64,000 nt of DNA from Takakia lepidozioides (taxonomy: Eukaryota > Plantae > Bryophyta). A program made the position numbers and the translations under genes. Numbering within the stretch: position 1 is the stretch's first letter; every line of letters begins with the position of its first letter. Positions 24,630-36,720 of the stretch are shown piece by piece. The DNA lies in the NCBI GenBank assembly GCA_030704615.1, contig CM060734.1:2170001-2234000 (forward strand), written 5' to 3'. A model generated the notes under the pieces. That model was given only the letters and a program-made list of their open reading frames with translations, had not been told where the DNA came from and ran no database searches.

Positions 24630-25600
24630 AGAATTGATCCCTGGGTTACCAAGAGATGTATCGATCTTGATATTTAAGAGTCTATTCTGAATGATGCAGA
24701 GTTAGTACGAATAGAGAGTGTAAGTAAAGCCTGAAAAAAAGAATTACCAGTTCTATATAAACATCGTCATTTGGGGCATAAGTGGATCAATATGTGGTGT
24801 TGTCCCTTAGATGGATATCCAGAATATATGAAGGAACAGATTAAAGACCTTAGGTAGAAAGTCTTCGATTGAATTGATTGGGAGAAAATAATAATGAAGT
24901 AAAATCATTTGCATGGCAGAGACAAATGATGAAGGGATAAAAAGATTATTGCAGTTGATTACTGATTTACCAGACGATCTGTCGATAAGAATCTTTCAGA
25001 AGTTTTGTTGTAGTGATAAAGAGATACTCTCATTACAGCTGGTGAATAGAGGATGGTACAGAGAGTTATCGACTCTATACAGAAAAAATAATAAAAAATA
25101 AAAAATGACGCCTCCTGAAGGAAGCGTAACTTATGGAGTCACTTCACCCCGAAGGGCTACTGCCTTCCGCTAGGAAGGTGGACACCTTCATGACACACCA
25201 GACCGTGGTTTAAACCCACAACCACATCCAACGTGGTATGTGCCCATTACCACTGGGCTTCATGCTGGTTGTCATCTGTACAAAAATTGTTATTGGAAGC
25301 ACAATTGGTTACAGATGTGGTATCGACCTTTTGAAGGCTAGCCTGAACTCATGGGAGAATGGAATAAGACCTTTGGCGAAGGGAAATCCCTGAAGGAACT
25401 GTATAAGCAAGATTGGTGGTGAAGAACAATCGATAGTAATGTGTGGAGAAGGGGGAGTGGAAGATCCTCTAGAGTTAATTACTGAATTACTTGATAGTTT
25501 GTCGATAGATATCTTTAAGAAATTGCGTTGTAGTGACATAGAGACAATTAATCTGCAGCTTGTGAGTAAAGGATGGTGTAAAGAACTATTGACTCTATAT
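24630..25600 (+). pseudogene. Three degenerate F-box-like mini-ORF segments
   Basis: LIPGLPRDVSILIFKSL..VSK (~24633), LITDLPDDLSIRIFQKF..LQLVNRGWYREL (24913-25101), LITELLDSLSIDIFKKL..LQLVSKGWCKEL (~25475). Confidence 0.55.
25082..25272 (-). mobile_element. Probable tRNA-derived SINE
   Basis: Minus strand: A-box-like GAAGCCCAGTGG, B-box-like GGTTTAAACC ~40 nt downstream, T-rich tail; imperfect flanking repeat CTATACAGAAAAA/CTGTACAAAAAA. Confidence 0.45.
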
Positions 25601-25880
25601 TAGGCAAATTACTGGAGGAGAGAATTAGATGAACAATGGTATCTAACCTCAGCCGATGGAATAGAGTCGGTAGAAGACGGAGGGAATATTTATAAAACGG
25701 GAAGAGTATTAGTTGCTTTAGATTGAGGCAATCAGTGGTAGAAATCTTTTTGCAGAGGGAATGAGAAGACATATTGTAGTACAACATCATTATTTTGCAG
25801 TCGTATAGTGCTTTCCCTGTGAACGAACCTCGAAACTAATTGATCCTTTTCCTAGGATTGATTTTAGTTTCTATTCTACA

Positions 25881-26070
25881 GTGCCCATAGGAGGAGGTCA
25901 GTCGAATGACACCTTCGAAGAAGGTGTGGACCTGGTAATTGTGGATTTGCCTGACAACCAGCATGGAACAGGAGGAACATGAGGAGGAGGAGGTGGAACA
26001 GTCGGAATGGGAGGGGAAGGAGGCGGAGATGGAACATGAGGAACAGACGGAGGAGGATGATGATGAATAG
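25881..26070 (+). pseudogene. Internally deleted relic of a third ParB-MTase family member (C)
   Basis: After a CAG acceptor: GGGQSNDTFEEGVDLVIVDLPDN (compare GGNATEWSCDMIILDIPDG in A), joined out of frame to an acidic tail EQEEHEEEEV...EEDDDE*. Confidence 0.55.
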
Positions 26071-26359
26071 GACGACCCCATCGATGGAGAAGCAGTTGCC
26101 AATCTGCTTGGGTTGGACTATGGGCTGGATAGTGATTGCAGTCATTGACCGTAGCGTAGGTCCATAGATTTCTGTAGAAACAATTCTTGTCATAACAATG
26201 CTGTTGCACATTATTCTTTGTAATTTTTGAAATGTCAACTTGTATGTCTGTTTTTGTTTATAACTGTTTCGCACTTCCATGTACATTGAACCCGAAACCT
26301 TTTCCCCAACTTCCGACGTGCATTGTACTCGATTCCTGTCGAAAGTCGGTATGTAAATT

Positions 26360-26515
26360 GGAAGTCTGTGCCAACTTCACCCGGTTGAAGGGCACGAGAA
26401 GTCTGTGCCGACTTCCCAAGCTGGGTTTGGCTAGTCGGCACCGACTTCCTTGTTCGCGTTTGGGAAGTCGGCACAGACTTCCGAGTCAGGGTTTCGGAAG
26501 TCGGCACAGACTTGC
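26360..26515. repeat. Array of palindrome C, GGAAGTC(G/T)G-YR-C(C/A)GACTTCC (5 copies)
   Basis: Copies at ~26360, 26398, 26432, 26463, 26496 with ~33-37-bp spacing. Confidence 0.85.
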
Positions 26516-26875
26516 CATCCGTAACCCCCCAATTGTCCCCTAAACATAGGTCTGCACATGTCAAATGCATTATAGGGGCTCCAAGTGACCTCATCGGTGT
26601 ATCTTATTCTTTTGTGCGCTAAGGTACATGGAATTAGGTGCTATCACTTCCACGTAATATTTGTGGTGAGGGGTTTTGTCAGAAGGTTATCTCACTTTTG
26701 TTGTCTTTGAAGGCAATGGGAGGAGCGGAGCATGCATTTGTTACTGGGGAGACTGTGCATACAGCAGCCACCGAGGGGTAAACAACATGTCAGGCTAGAT
26801 TTACTACACTGCAGCATTCATGAGGTCCATCAAATTTGTTGTGACGATGGAATCTAAGCACACATGCCGTTCACA

Positions 26876-27981
26876 GGGGTGGGCCACGGCTGGATGAGCA
26901 AGTGTGCTATTATGATATCCAAGCAGCCTCCTCCTTCAACACATTGCAGCTTGTGCGACAGTATGTTGAGCATGAGGTAAGCCGTGCAGGTGGTTTTTAG
27001 CCATACTTATCTTCACCTGTTCTTCTGCCTGCTGGTCATTATCCATCTGTTGTTTCTATTTATTGCATTTCTGAGATTTTAGAAAGAAAACCACTTCTCT
27101 TTTTGGCTTTGAGTTTCATGATTTCAAGCTTGGAATGAGTGGGATTTGCATGGTGCTGTGAGGCCTGTTGCAGGATTTGATACTTGTGTGTCATTGTTTC
27201 CACCAAATCACAACCTTTTCATGTCTGGCTCACGGGATTTCACTGTCCGAGTGCGAGATCGCCGTGTCGACCGCTGTGTTGGTGAGTGCATGAACTCAGA
27301 TCATTGTTTTTTGTAAAGAGAATGCTCTTTGGAAGAGATGAGAATTGTACTGCCAACTAGAAGTAACTAGCGATGAGCTGGGGTGAGATATGTTTGGAAG
27401 TGTGGCAAAGAGTGGGCAACTGCAGGCACATGATGCAATGATTACATGTTTGGATGCCAATGACTCAAATCTCATACTCTCTGCTGGTATGGACATGCGT
27501 GTTCTTTGCTGGGACTTCCGTTCTTTGGCTAATCAGGTATAAGCCAATCTGGCTCTACACCCAAAACCCTATGCAGTCCTCTATCATTCAAGGCTCTTGT
27601 ATCAGTAGTTATGCCTTTCCATTCAATCTCTAAAATCAAAGGTTTTTTTAGCTTCCCTGAAAGATTGGACTATTCTTCATTTTCGTGGTGGGGGCGGGAC
27701 AGGGAGGAAGTGCACCAGTGTCATCATTGCAGCTGGACGACAATGCAGTGCTGAAGGTTGCTTTGGGGGGTGGGGCCAGCACAGCAGCAGTTAGTACTTT
27801 GCGAGGCCTATATCTGGTGGACTTTGCTAACGCGAGGCCAACAACTCATGTGGTCGAGCCATTCAAAGATGGTCGACGCATTGGGAGATATCATGATTTG
27901 AAGTGGGCCAATGCCCGGAACCTTTTGTATGCTGCAGGGGATGACATGCGAATTGATGTGTATGCCCTTCGCCAGTCTTGA
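26876..27981 (+). pseudogene. 3' exons of a WD40-repeat gene (5' end missing or degenerate)
   Basis: Exons ~26876-26976, 27174-27281 (NLFMSGSRDFTVRVRD, apparent frameshift), 27426-27536 (AHDAMITCLD..SAGMDMRVLCWD), 27703-27981 (LYAAGDDMRIDVY*). Confidence 0.7.
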
Positions 27982-30900
27982 GAATGGTAACTAACTGAGT
28001 AATGACTGAGTACCTACCGTCAGAACCTTACCAAAGGTGAAGATGACTTTCTCACATTTTGAGGCTAGATAAAATGCGGGCATTTTAAGAGCACAACAGT
28101 TACATGCCCAAGTTTGATCAGATCCACACTTAGCATATCCCAACAAGGACCACTTATAACAGTCATTGCTAGACTATTGCCTTGGGTTGAAATGCTGGTC
28201 ATTGGTCGTTGAGAAATTTTTCCCTTGAATGCTGATGGAGGTAGCAACATTTTAAACATTTTAGGTGCATCATTAACAACATCTAATGGACAATGAACGT
28301 CGTTGGTCAACCCTGAATCAGGAAAATAGAGGTTTCACAGATCAGACCAGAAGTAGATTGACTAGGTGGATTCTTTGATTGTTGACATTGCTAGTGAATT
28401 GATTCGAAAGTCTTGGCCAGGACCTAGCACCTCTCCACTCACCCCCCTCATTGTGCAGAGCCTTTCAGCTGTAGAGGAGGGAAATTGTGTTTTTGTATAG
28501 AGGTCTGCTTTAGGGGCTGGCTTATTTCTTTTCCATAAGATTTTGGAACTTTCATTCCAGCAGTATACAACTGCATTGTCCTCCCTCTATTGTCAACATT
28601 CGGTCTCTCTGTTCCTAGATCCTCATATCGTGGGACAAGTAACGATCTTGACCTTCTTTGGCGGCGGTAGAGGATACACATTGTTATTTAGAGTTATTTT
28701 TCTAAACTTTCCTGATCATATTCCACTCCAAACTAATTTGGCCTTTTCATCTTTATTATTATCTGCAGGCCATTAAGTCAGGTTGAGTGCATTCGACTAT
28801 CAACGTTAAAAGGCCAGAAAGTAGATTGGTAAGTCAACTATTTTTTGTTACATATAAACTAATCCTATCTTAGTGTTGTTTCTCCATTTTCACTCCATTC
28901 CCTTTTATAGTATGATCTGCTGCACTCAGTATTTGTTACACATGGGAATGCATCATCACTATTTGCCTGCTGTTTCTCAAATTTGATGTCATGCTTTCCT
29001 AGATGTCGTATACCGCCATACGATCAAAGGCTTTTTGGATTAAAAAAAAATGAACTGCCATGCCACACAAGACCATCCCACAAGCCTATTATATATGCCT
29101 TCCTATAACGCCATATATTTGGATTTGTTTTTTTTAAGTTATATATCATAAAATTATAACTCTTCGTCTATAATAATTTATTCATCCAATTTAATCTTCA
29201 TTATTTATTCTACCAAAGTAATGTTATTTAGTAATACTCACTTGACAATATTGTATGGTTCAGGTACATACAAATCACAATGGTCGATAACCTCTCAACC
29301 TACCCCATCAATGAAATTGAGGTCGATGCAATGTCGACGAGGGTGTCGATCATAAGGAGGCGACCTCAGAACATTGTCAACTCAGGTCAAGACAACGGAA
29401 AATGAATTTTACGCGGTGTACAAGCACAATCCCCACCATATTCTCCACTAAAAACAACCTGGAAACGAACTCCAAACCCGGGAGCTTGTTACAGCAGTTT
29501 ATGGAACACCACTCATAACACTGAAGAGGTTGCATTATTAATCGATAATTGCCTTTATCCAAATTTGGGGGAAGAGGGTAATTATGGCCTATTTTCTTTT
29601 TAGTGATCCCAAGTATCGCGAGAGCGATGGGAGGCGGAGCTCCGCCACAAGGACCTATCAAAAATTATCTGAATGCTATTCTAAACAGGCCAGCAATCTA
29701 CAAGCAGGGATCCCACCCACGAAGGCTTGGTGAAAGGTGAAATGTGACCCCAGGCGTACACCTCAATGCATTGGTCGCAGCGGGATGGACAAATTTGCTT
29801 CCGTTTAAGGTAAACCCAACTCTCTCTCAGACAAGGGCCTCCACAGCCGACCTTCGGAACTGTGACAAGCTACTATGGCCACGAAGGAGCTGTCAGTATC
29901 GGCCCCAGATCACTCCCATGGAGCAGTCAGCCAAGCTCGATCGTCAACCTGCGAATAGAAGGCAGAGACATAGCCAGCTTCGACGGAAGACTACCAGCAC
30001 AGCCAGCAGTAGCGGCTGGCAAGCAACCATCTCAATGTCACGTACCTTGAAGTACCTACACAAGAACATCAGAGTTATGAGAAGTCAGCCATGCACTATT
30101 CTAGTACAGCATTGGCTACCAAGATCTTGCTACAGGTGCACTCACTCCACTTCATATCCCTATAGACCCATGCAACCACCAGGTACGCTGAGGCATAGCC
30201 CACGATTACTTGCTCACCTTCCAACAAACCACAACTTCTCTCCCTCTTCTTTCTCTCGTCCTACTTCCACACTCCACCACACTATACCAAATTCTCCACT
30301 CTGGCGAAACTACTATACAAAGACCCTCTCAATACACTTCAGAATGCTAAGCATCAACCTCAACTCAATCCCTGCTTTCTCTTGTCACAATTTATTTCGA
30401 TCCAGGTACTAATTGAAATCTACTATCCCCCACTCACACCATTTCCCTGCTTCCCACCCCCAGCTACTCTGCTCACTTAGCTTCATCCATGGAGATCTAT
30501 TGCTGACCAATTGCTTGTATCTGCATCTGCTTATTGATGCTTCCCTCTACTGCTGCTCCCCAGTGAGCAATCTGCACACACTTTCCCCCCGGAAATTCCA
30601 CCCTTAGTGGTGTGCTAATTATTCACTTTATGCTCAATGGCAGGGCACGGGACTCACACTTGGCTTCGTACAATCTCGTTCTACCAAGTCAGGTGATAAC
30701 ACCCTCTGCAGACTGGAACTCCGACCCACCAACCCAAGGTACACTTCTGGAAATAGCTTAAATCGAGCTCCACCAGGTACCCAACTCCACTCCCTCCACC
30801 AGACTGCAGCCCCAACTTACTTGGGGTTATTACATGCCAGCTATGAATTCATCTACGTTCTGTCTCACAACGGTTTATCTTTACAGCACCATAACAAACT

Positions 30901-31167
30901 CCCTATCTTTCCCACCTCACATCACGCTCTCTACCAACATATTCTCTCCCGTTCACCTAGCTCCATGACAACTCTCCCATTAGTGTTCTACTGTCAATTC
31001 TGGTTCCACCCAGTGCCCCAAAGGCCTGGGTCTGATGTTTACTTACAAGTTAGTTGCTGGCAGGTACACAGACCCACACACCAACCCACAAGGCCCCACC
31101 ACAAAGGGTGCCCTCACAGTAAAGCCCCTCGGGCTCTCCATGCAGCTCCTCTACAAAAGGTCTGCCT

Positions 31168-31187
31168 CCCCCCCCCCCCCCCCCCCC

Positions 31188-31218
<31 letters not shown>
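31168..31218. repeat. ~50-bp poly-C tract
   Basis: Near-pure C run with a single interrupting A. Confidence 0.9.
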
Positions 31219-31952
31219 ACGTAGACAAGGCAACCCCGTCTCCCCTACCTTCCCCCCTTTGTTGGCATAGAGCTCATGGGGAATCTGCCTCAGTTGCCAA
31301 AGCTGCAGCCCCCACATTCTTCCAACAGTCCAAATATCAGGTACGGGCTCTATCTCTTGCTACCCCTAGACATGGTGCCCTCTTCTAATTGGACATGCAC
31401 CCTGGTATCTCTGCACCCCTCATCACTAATCACATTATGCTACAGTTGCCCACCAGTGCGTGCAAATGACTCATCACTCTCTTGTTGCCCTGCAGTGACA
31501 CCCCTCATACGACTCCCCTCCCACATAGCGAGCTCACCGCAGGATACGATGGGCATTTGCCACCGAGATACTACTCTTAACTACTGTAAACATAAATTTC
31601 CCCTGGTCCAGACAAGACCAAGCGGTGGAAGGCCCTACTGCTCACACCACCGTAGAGACCACCCAGAGCAAGAGATAGAGAGCCCAAGGGGTGGGAGAGT
31701 ACTGCTTTGTTTGTCATGAATGTGAGTTGAGTGCCATCGGACTCTGGCAACACCCCAGGGCTATATTATGTCACCCCTACAATTCTCAGCTGGAGGACAC
31801 ACCCACCTACCTCTAAATTACACAAGTCAAAAATCTATTATCAACATCATTATATAACTCTGTAAACATGTTTCTTCATGCCACACTCCTATGTGTCGGC
31901 CCCACACTGAAATCACAATTATAACCACTCACATCACAGAGTATACAATCCG

Positions 31953-32711
31953 GGGTAGATGCAGACTACACTAGCTCAGTTTGGACTGCAATTTGCAATT
32001 TTCGACTGACTGCTTGTCATATTATTCTTCACCCTATATACATAAGTATATAGTCATAGCAAATGGACTTAGAATGGGTTAGCCACTTACCATATGTACA
32101 TGTGGGTACAATTATTTTGGAATTTGGATGAAATCTCATGAAGCTATGGACTTTTGCAGGGAATTCCAATGGACTGTCAGAGTCCCTCTATTGTCCCAAA
32201 TGCCATCTGAAAAACCTATTTGTGAAAACCAATTCATTATATGGACTTTAGAACTAGATACACAATGTTTGAATAGACACAAATATAAATTCGTGAACAC
32301 TTCCATCCATCCATCAAGACAATATGGACTTTTTTGTACCAAAAAAATCCCCAAAATGACGATTTGTCCATAGCATTTTGAAAAATTCATATTTGGGTGT
32401 AGATCTTTGCTAAGAATATATATATTATTATTGTCTCTAGGAGCTTATTGTTATATGGACAAATTTCATAAACTACAAGATAATAATAAATTGCTATTAT
32501 TTCTAAATAAGAGAAAATATTTAAAATATATATGTAATAAAAAAAAATATCTCAAATATTTGGGATGAGACCATTTACTAAATATGATTAGTATACCGTT
32601 ACCTATGAAGATAGAAATATATTTGAACAGATATTTTTAATTAATTTTTTCTCATAGACTTTCAGTGGAGCACATCTGCCGCTTTTGAGCCAGTGTAGTC
32701 TGCACTTACCC
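31953..32711. mobile_element. Non-autonomous TIR element (MITE), Sola2-like signature
   Basis: 26-bp TIRs GGGTAGATGCAGACTACACTAGCTCA / TGAGCCAGTGTAGTCTGCACTTACCC; 4-bp TSD TCCG on both sides; AT-rich non-coding interior. Confidence 0.8.
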
Positions 32712-33675
32712 TCCGAGATAACCACAAACTGGCAGTACCCAGGAAGACCCCCGCCAACGTTTCCTACTGCACGAAACACTTACCAGTCCACCGCTCATAC
32801 CCACCCACATACATTATGCGCTCATACACACATACAGCCTCTTAGCTGACTTAACATACACATGCTCAATAGGTACTACTACAATTCAATGTCTGCCACA
32901 AAGTTTACAAATTATAACATGGATCCTCCTCTTGCCCACGATGAGCCCATTGGGAGTGCCCCAGCCACTCTTGTAACATCCACCCCCACTTACTCAACAG
33001 TTCCCAACCAATGGTATACAACAACCTTCACCAGTTTAATGGATGACATTCTCCCACTACACATACTTTCACAATACCCAAACCCCCTCCCAACACTAAC
33101 AGCAGCCCTCTTACACCCTAACCAATCCAAATCATTCACATATTGCACTTGGCCCCATAAACAGCATCTATAGTGTCCCCCCCCCCCCCTCCTCCCAAAT
33201 GACATTACCTCTTTTCGTGCTCCTTCTCAATATATACTTGTTGTGTCAGCGATAGCTTCACCCTCCGCCCTCACACGATTGTTGTCCCCTCAAATCCACG
33301 CACCTGCCAATACCCTCACATTCTCTCACCACCAAATTACACCACGCCATACTCTACCCTATGGAAGATTAGTGCAGCAGCCGCCTCTGCCTCACCAAAT
33401 AACTACCTCTCTTAAAACACAACAATACCCATATCGGCACTACAATGAAAGACAGGGATGCCTCGGCGTGAGCCTGGTCGCATGAGCGCAGCTGGGCTCA
33501 TGCCACGTCACCTTGCGCCCACGCCACGTCACCGGGCTCACTCCACGTCAGCGCGCTTCCACGTCGCGTCACCGCGCGCCCAGGAAGAAGCAGAGTGTAT
33601 TTCCGCGCACCCTTAACCGCGGAAACAAGCTGGACGACATAATAAAAGAATGTGGTCATTCCCACCTGAAAGCGA

Positions 33676-33895
33676 CAGATGAATGCAAAATGGATGAATG
33701 TAGAGTGGATGAGAAACAGATGGATGAGTGCGAACAATGCAAACAGATGAATGAATGTGGGATGGATGAATTCACAATGGATGAATGTACAATGGATGTT
33801 CAATGAATAATGCAAAACATTCATGAATGGAGGATGCATGAATACACAGTAGATGAATGCACAAGGGATGAATATACGGTAGATGAATATGACAT
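33676..33895 (+). repeat. Degenerate ATGGATGAATG minisatellite
   Basis: Repeated (A)TGGATGAATG/AGATGAATG units. Confidence 0.8.
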
Positions 33896-34310
33896 GAGTG
33901 TGTGGGGTTGGTGGGATGGATTCATGAAGATTTCCACTTCAATCTAAGTGGAATGTTTGTTTCTTTATTTTTCTACCGGAACAACTGCAATCAAGTAGGG
34001 GAATTCAATCTTTTCTTAAGAGGATGAGAACAGAACATTAAAAATGCGAAGTTCAGTCTGACTCAGAGTCCTAGTTGCAAATTTGGACGTGACGTGACGT
34101 TGACGCGTCATCGTCACGTCCGACGTCAGCTACGGACGTGAATCACGTCACGACCTAAACGGACGTTACTGTACATAAATATGTTTATTTTTTTTACTTT
34201 ACTATTGACTATTTACTATGAGAACCGACGTGGCAACCAATGTGGCCTCATTACGTGGACTTCATTATTTATCTGTAAAATTCATATATTATGATTTATA
34301 TTGTCAATCA

Positions 34311-35020
34311 TGCGACCGTCAGCAACGGTTGGTCGGACAATTTCAAAAATAAATAAAAATAGGTGCGACCACCAGAAGGGGGTTGGTCGCATATTTTTTC
34401 TTATTTTTTAAATGGGTGCGACTACCAGCAGGTGGTGGTCGCGGCATTTTCATTTTTTTTAATAGGTGCGACCACAGGCAGAGGGCGGTCGCACATTTTT
34501 TCTTTTTTAAAAATTGAGTGCGAGGAAGTCGCATGTTTTAAAAAAAAAAAACTGCTGCGACCACCCTCATGTTGGTGGTCGCAGATATTAAAAAACAGAA
34601 AATTGCTACGACCACCCCCCTGCTGGTGGTCGCACCTATTAAAAAAATAAAAAATGGTGCGACCACCCCATGCTCGTGGTCACATAGATTATTTTAAGGA
34701 GAAAAAAAAAAAAAAAACAACAACAACAGAAAATTGCTGCGACCACCCCCTTTCTGGTGGTTGCACCTATTTAAAAAACAGAAAAATTCTGCGACTACCC
34801 CCCTGCTGGTGGTCGCAGATATTAAAAAAGAAGAAAAATGTTGCGACCACCCCCTGATGGTGGTCGCACCTATTACAAATAAAATAAAAATTGTGCGACC
34901 ACCAGTAGCGGTGGTCGCAACTGTTTAAGAAAAGAAAAAAATGCAACCACCCCTGCTGGTGGTCGCATTTATTTTTTTAAAACAAAAATGCTGCGACAAC
35001 CCCTCTGCTCGTGGTCGCAA
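34311..35020. repeat. Array D: ~14 inverted repeats TGCGACCACC-N4-8-GGTGGTCGCA separated by A/T tracts (~50-bp period)
   Basis: Copies at ~34311, 34363, 34417, 34467, 34556, 34606, 34658, 34738, 34790, 34842, 34894, 34941, 34992. Confidence 0.9.
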
Positions 35021-35959
35021 CTATTAAAAAAAGATAAATTACTACTACCAAATGATCATGCGTACCTGGAAAGTTCAAAATGTGAAATGAACGTGGGGTT
35101 GTCTCTCGCCTATCCATTCCCTCCCCTCCTCTTGGAGGGTCATTCCGGCCCAACCCAACACGACAAGGATGACCGTGTATGATATCCCAAAATTTGTCAT
35201 CACACTCTCGTTCATTTACATATATTTGTCTAAAACTGTGCGCCAAGATTTCTGGGATTTGCTGTTATTTTTAAATATTGAAACCGTTCTAATAAAGAAC
35301 ACGCCGTTTATTTTGGGCAAACACGTCAGACATCGAAACTGAATACGAACAGCTGTACACTAATTGCTGGCATGTGCACTAATAAGGGAACGACTATGTG
35401 TAACGGTCACGCGAGAGGGAATCTGATGCTTCTAGAGACAAGCAACAACGCACGCAATCCCGCAAGAAATCGGGAGTCACTTCGTTTTTCTACTTTTCGC
35501 GCTTAGAGGGAGAGTGATAGTCAAGCTGGAGAGGGTTCCTTCTACAATACGAAAGAGAAGAAAGTCTCTTAATTTTACTTCCCTTAGAGAGAAACGCAGA
35601 GCAAGAGAGCAAATGACGAGGCGTCGTTTGTTGGAGAACACAGGGCCAAGGCAGCAGGTGAACGCGGAGACTGATTCACAAGAGCACACCGAGACTGAGG
35701 CAGCGGCTGTGACACAGTCGGCGATAACAGTGCGCGTTGTAAACAGCCTGTGGATGCAGAGATGACTCGCAGGGAAACTGAAGGAGGTGGAAGTACGAGG
35801 AATGCTGAAGGTCCAGAAACCCTAGAGCAGACAAAAATTCCAGCAGATGTGAGAGGGAAGAGGAAAGCTGCAGAAGGGGATCCAATTTCAAAACCTAAGA
35901 AGGCGCCAGTAAGTTTCGCTAACTTACATTTCATTGTTGAAGATCTGCGTAGAGATTGA

Positions 35960-36720
35960 GTGGAATGTCCCAGAAAGGGATTGTCGCTACCGACCATCAC
36001 CCACGAAACAACGGTGATTTGCTTTCTACTCCTCTGTCAAGGGTTTACCGCACAATGAGTGGATGACTGACGGTACCGTCATTCACCGTTGTTCAGATCA
36101 TACAGTCTGTCTGATTGCCTTTCAAGTAGTCCTTCCTCTTCCCTTCTTTAGCAGGAACATGTGATTGAAGTCTACTGAATTGCGAGTGTCGTTAACGCCA
36201 TTCGATTCTCCTCATGAGATTTATTTACCTATGTGTTTGAAGAGAGAGTGAGGGTCGGCATATTCAGTCATAATGTATTGCAATGCATTTTCTTTGTATG
36301 AGGTTGAACAGATAGAGAAGTGGAAAGGCGGTACCGCCAATCAAAGATTTGAGACACCATACTGTAGATTCAGGTAGAGTATCGATTGGAAAGTACTCTC
36401 GACATAGACAGGAAACTGTGAATGCTTGCGACGGTATCACAATGGAGTCAATCTGAATAATCTGCACCTTACTGTCCGCCCTAAACTATACTGAATGTCA
36501 TTGCCGCCAATCACTTACACATATATATGTCATTACACAACACCGATCCGGCAGGTCCTTATCTTTTGTGATTGTCGTTAACGCCATTCGCTATCGCTCT
36601 CGCTTTTGTTTTAAATTCGGCAGGATCAGCTTTGCTTGTGTAGATAGTTCTGAATTTGTTTCACCACATTCATTGTGAGTTTCTTCGAGAGCAGTGATGG
36701 TCGTTACCGCCGTTCACTAT
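35960..36720. repeat. Degenerate palindrome-B copies in intron 1 of paralogue B
   Basis: e.g. GAGTGTCGTTAACGCCATTC (~36184), GAAAGGCGGTACCGCCAATC (~36323), TGAATGTCATTGCCGCCAATCA (~36492), TGATTGTCGTTAACGCCATTC (~36569). Confidence 0.65.

Larger units (their letters stand above)
29600..33460 (+). mobile_element. Highly decayed LINE-like relic
   Basis: C/A-rich coding-like composition with many stops; RQGC-like RT remnant at ~33450; boundaries approximate. Confidence 0.35.
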
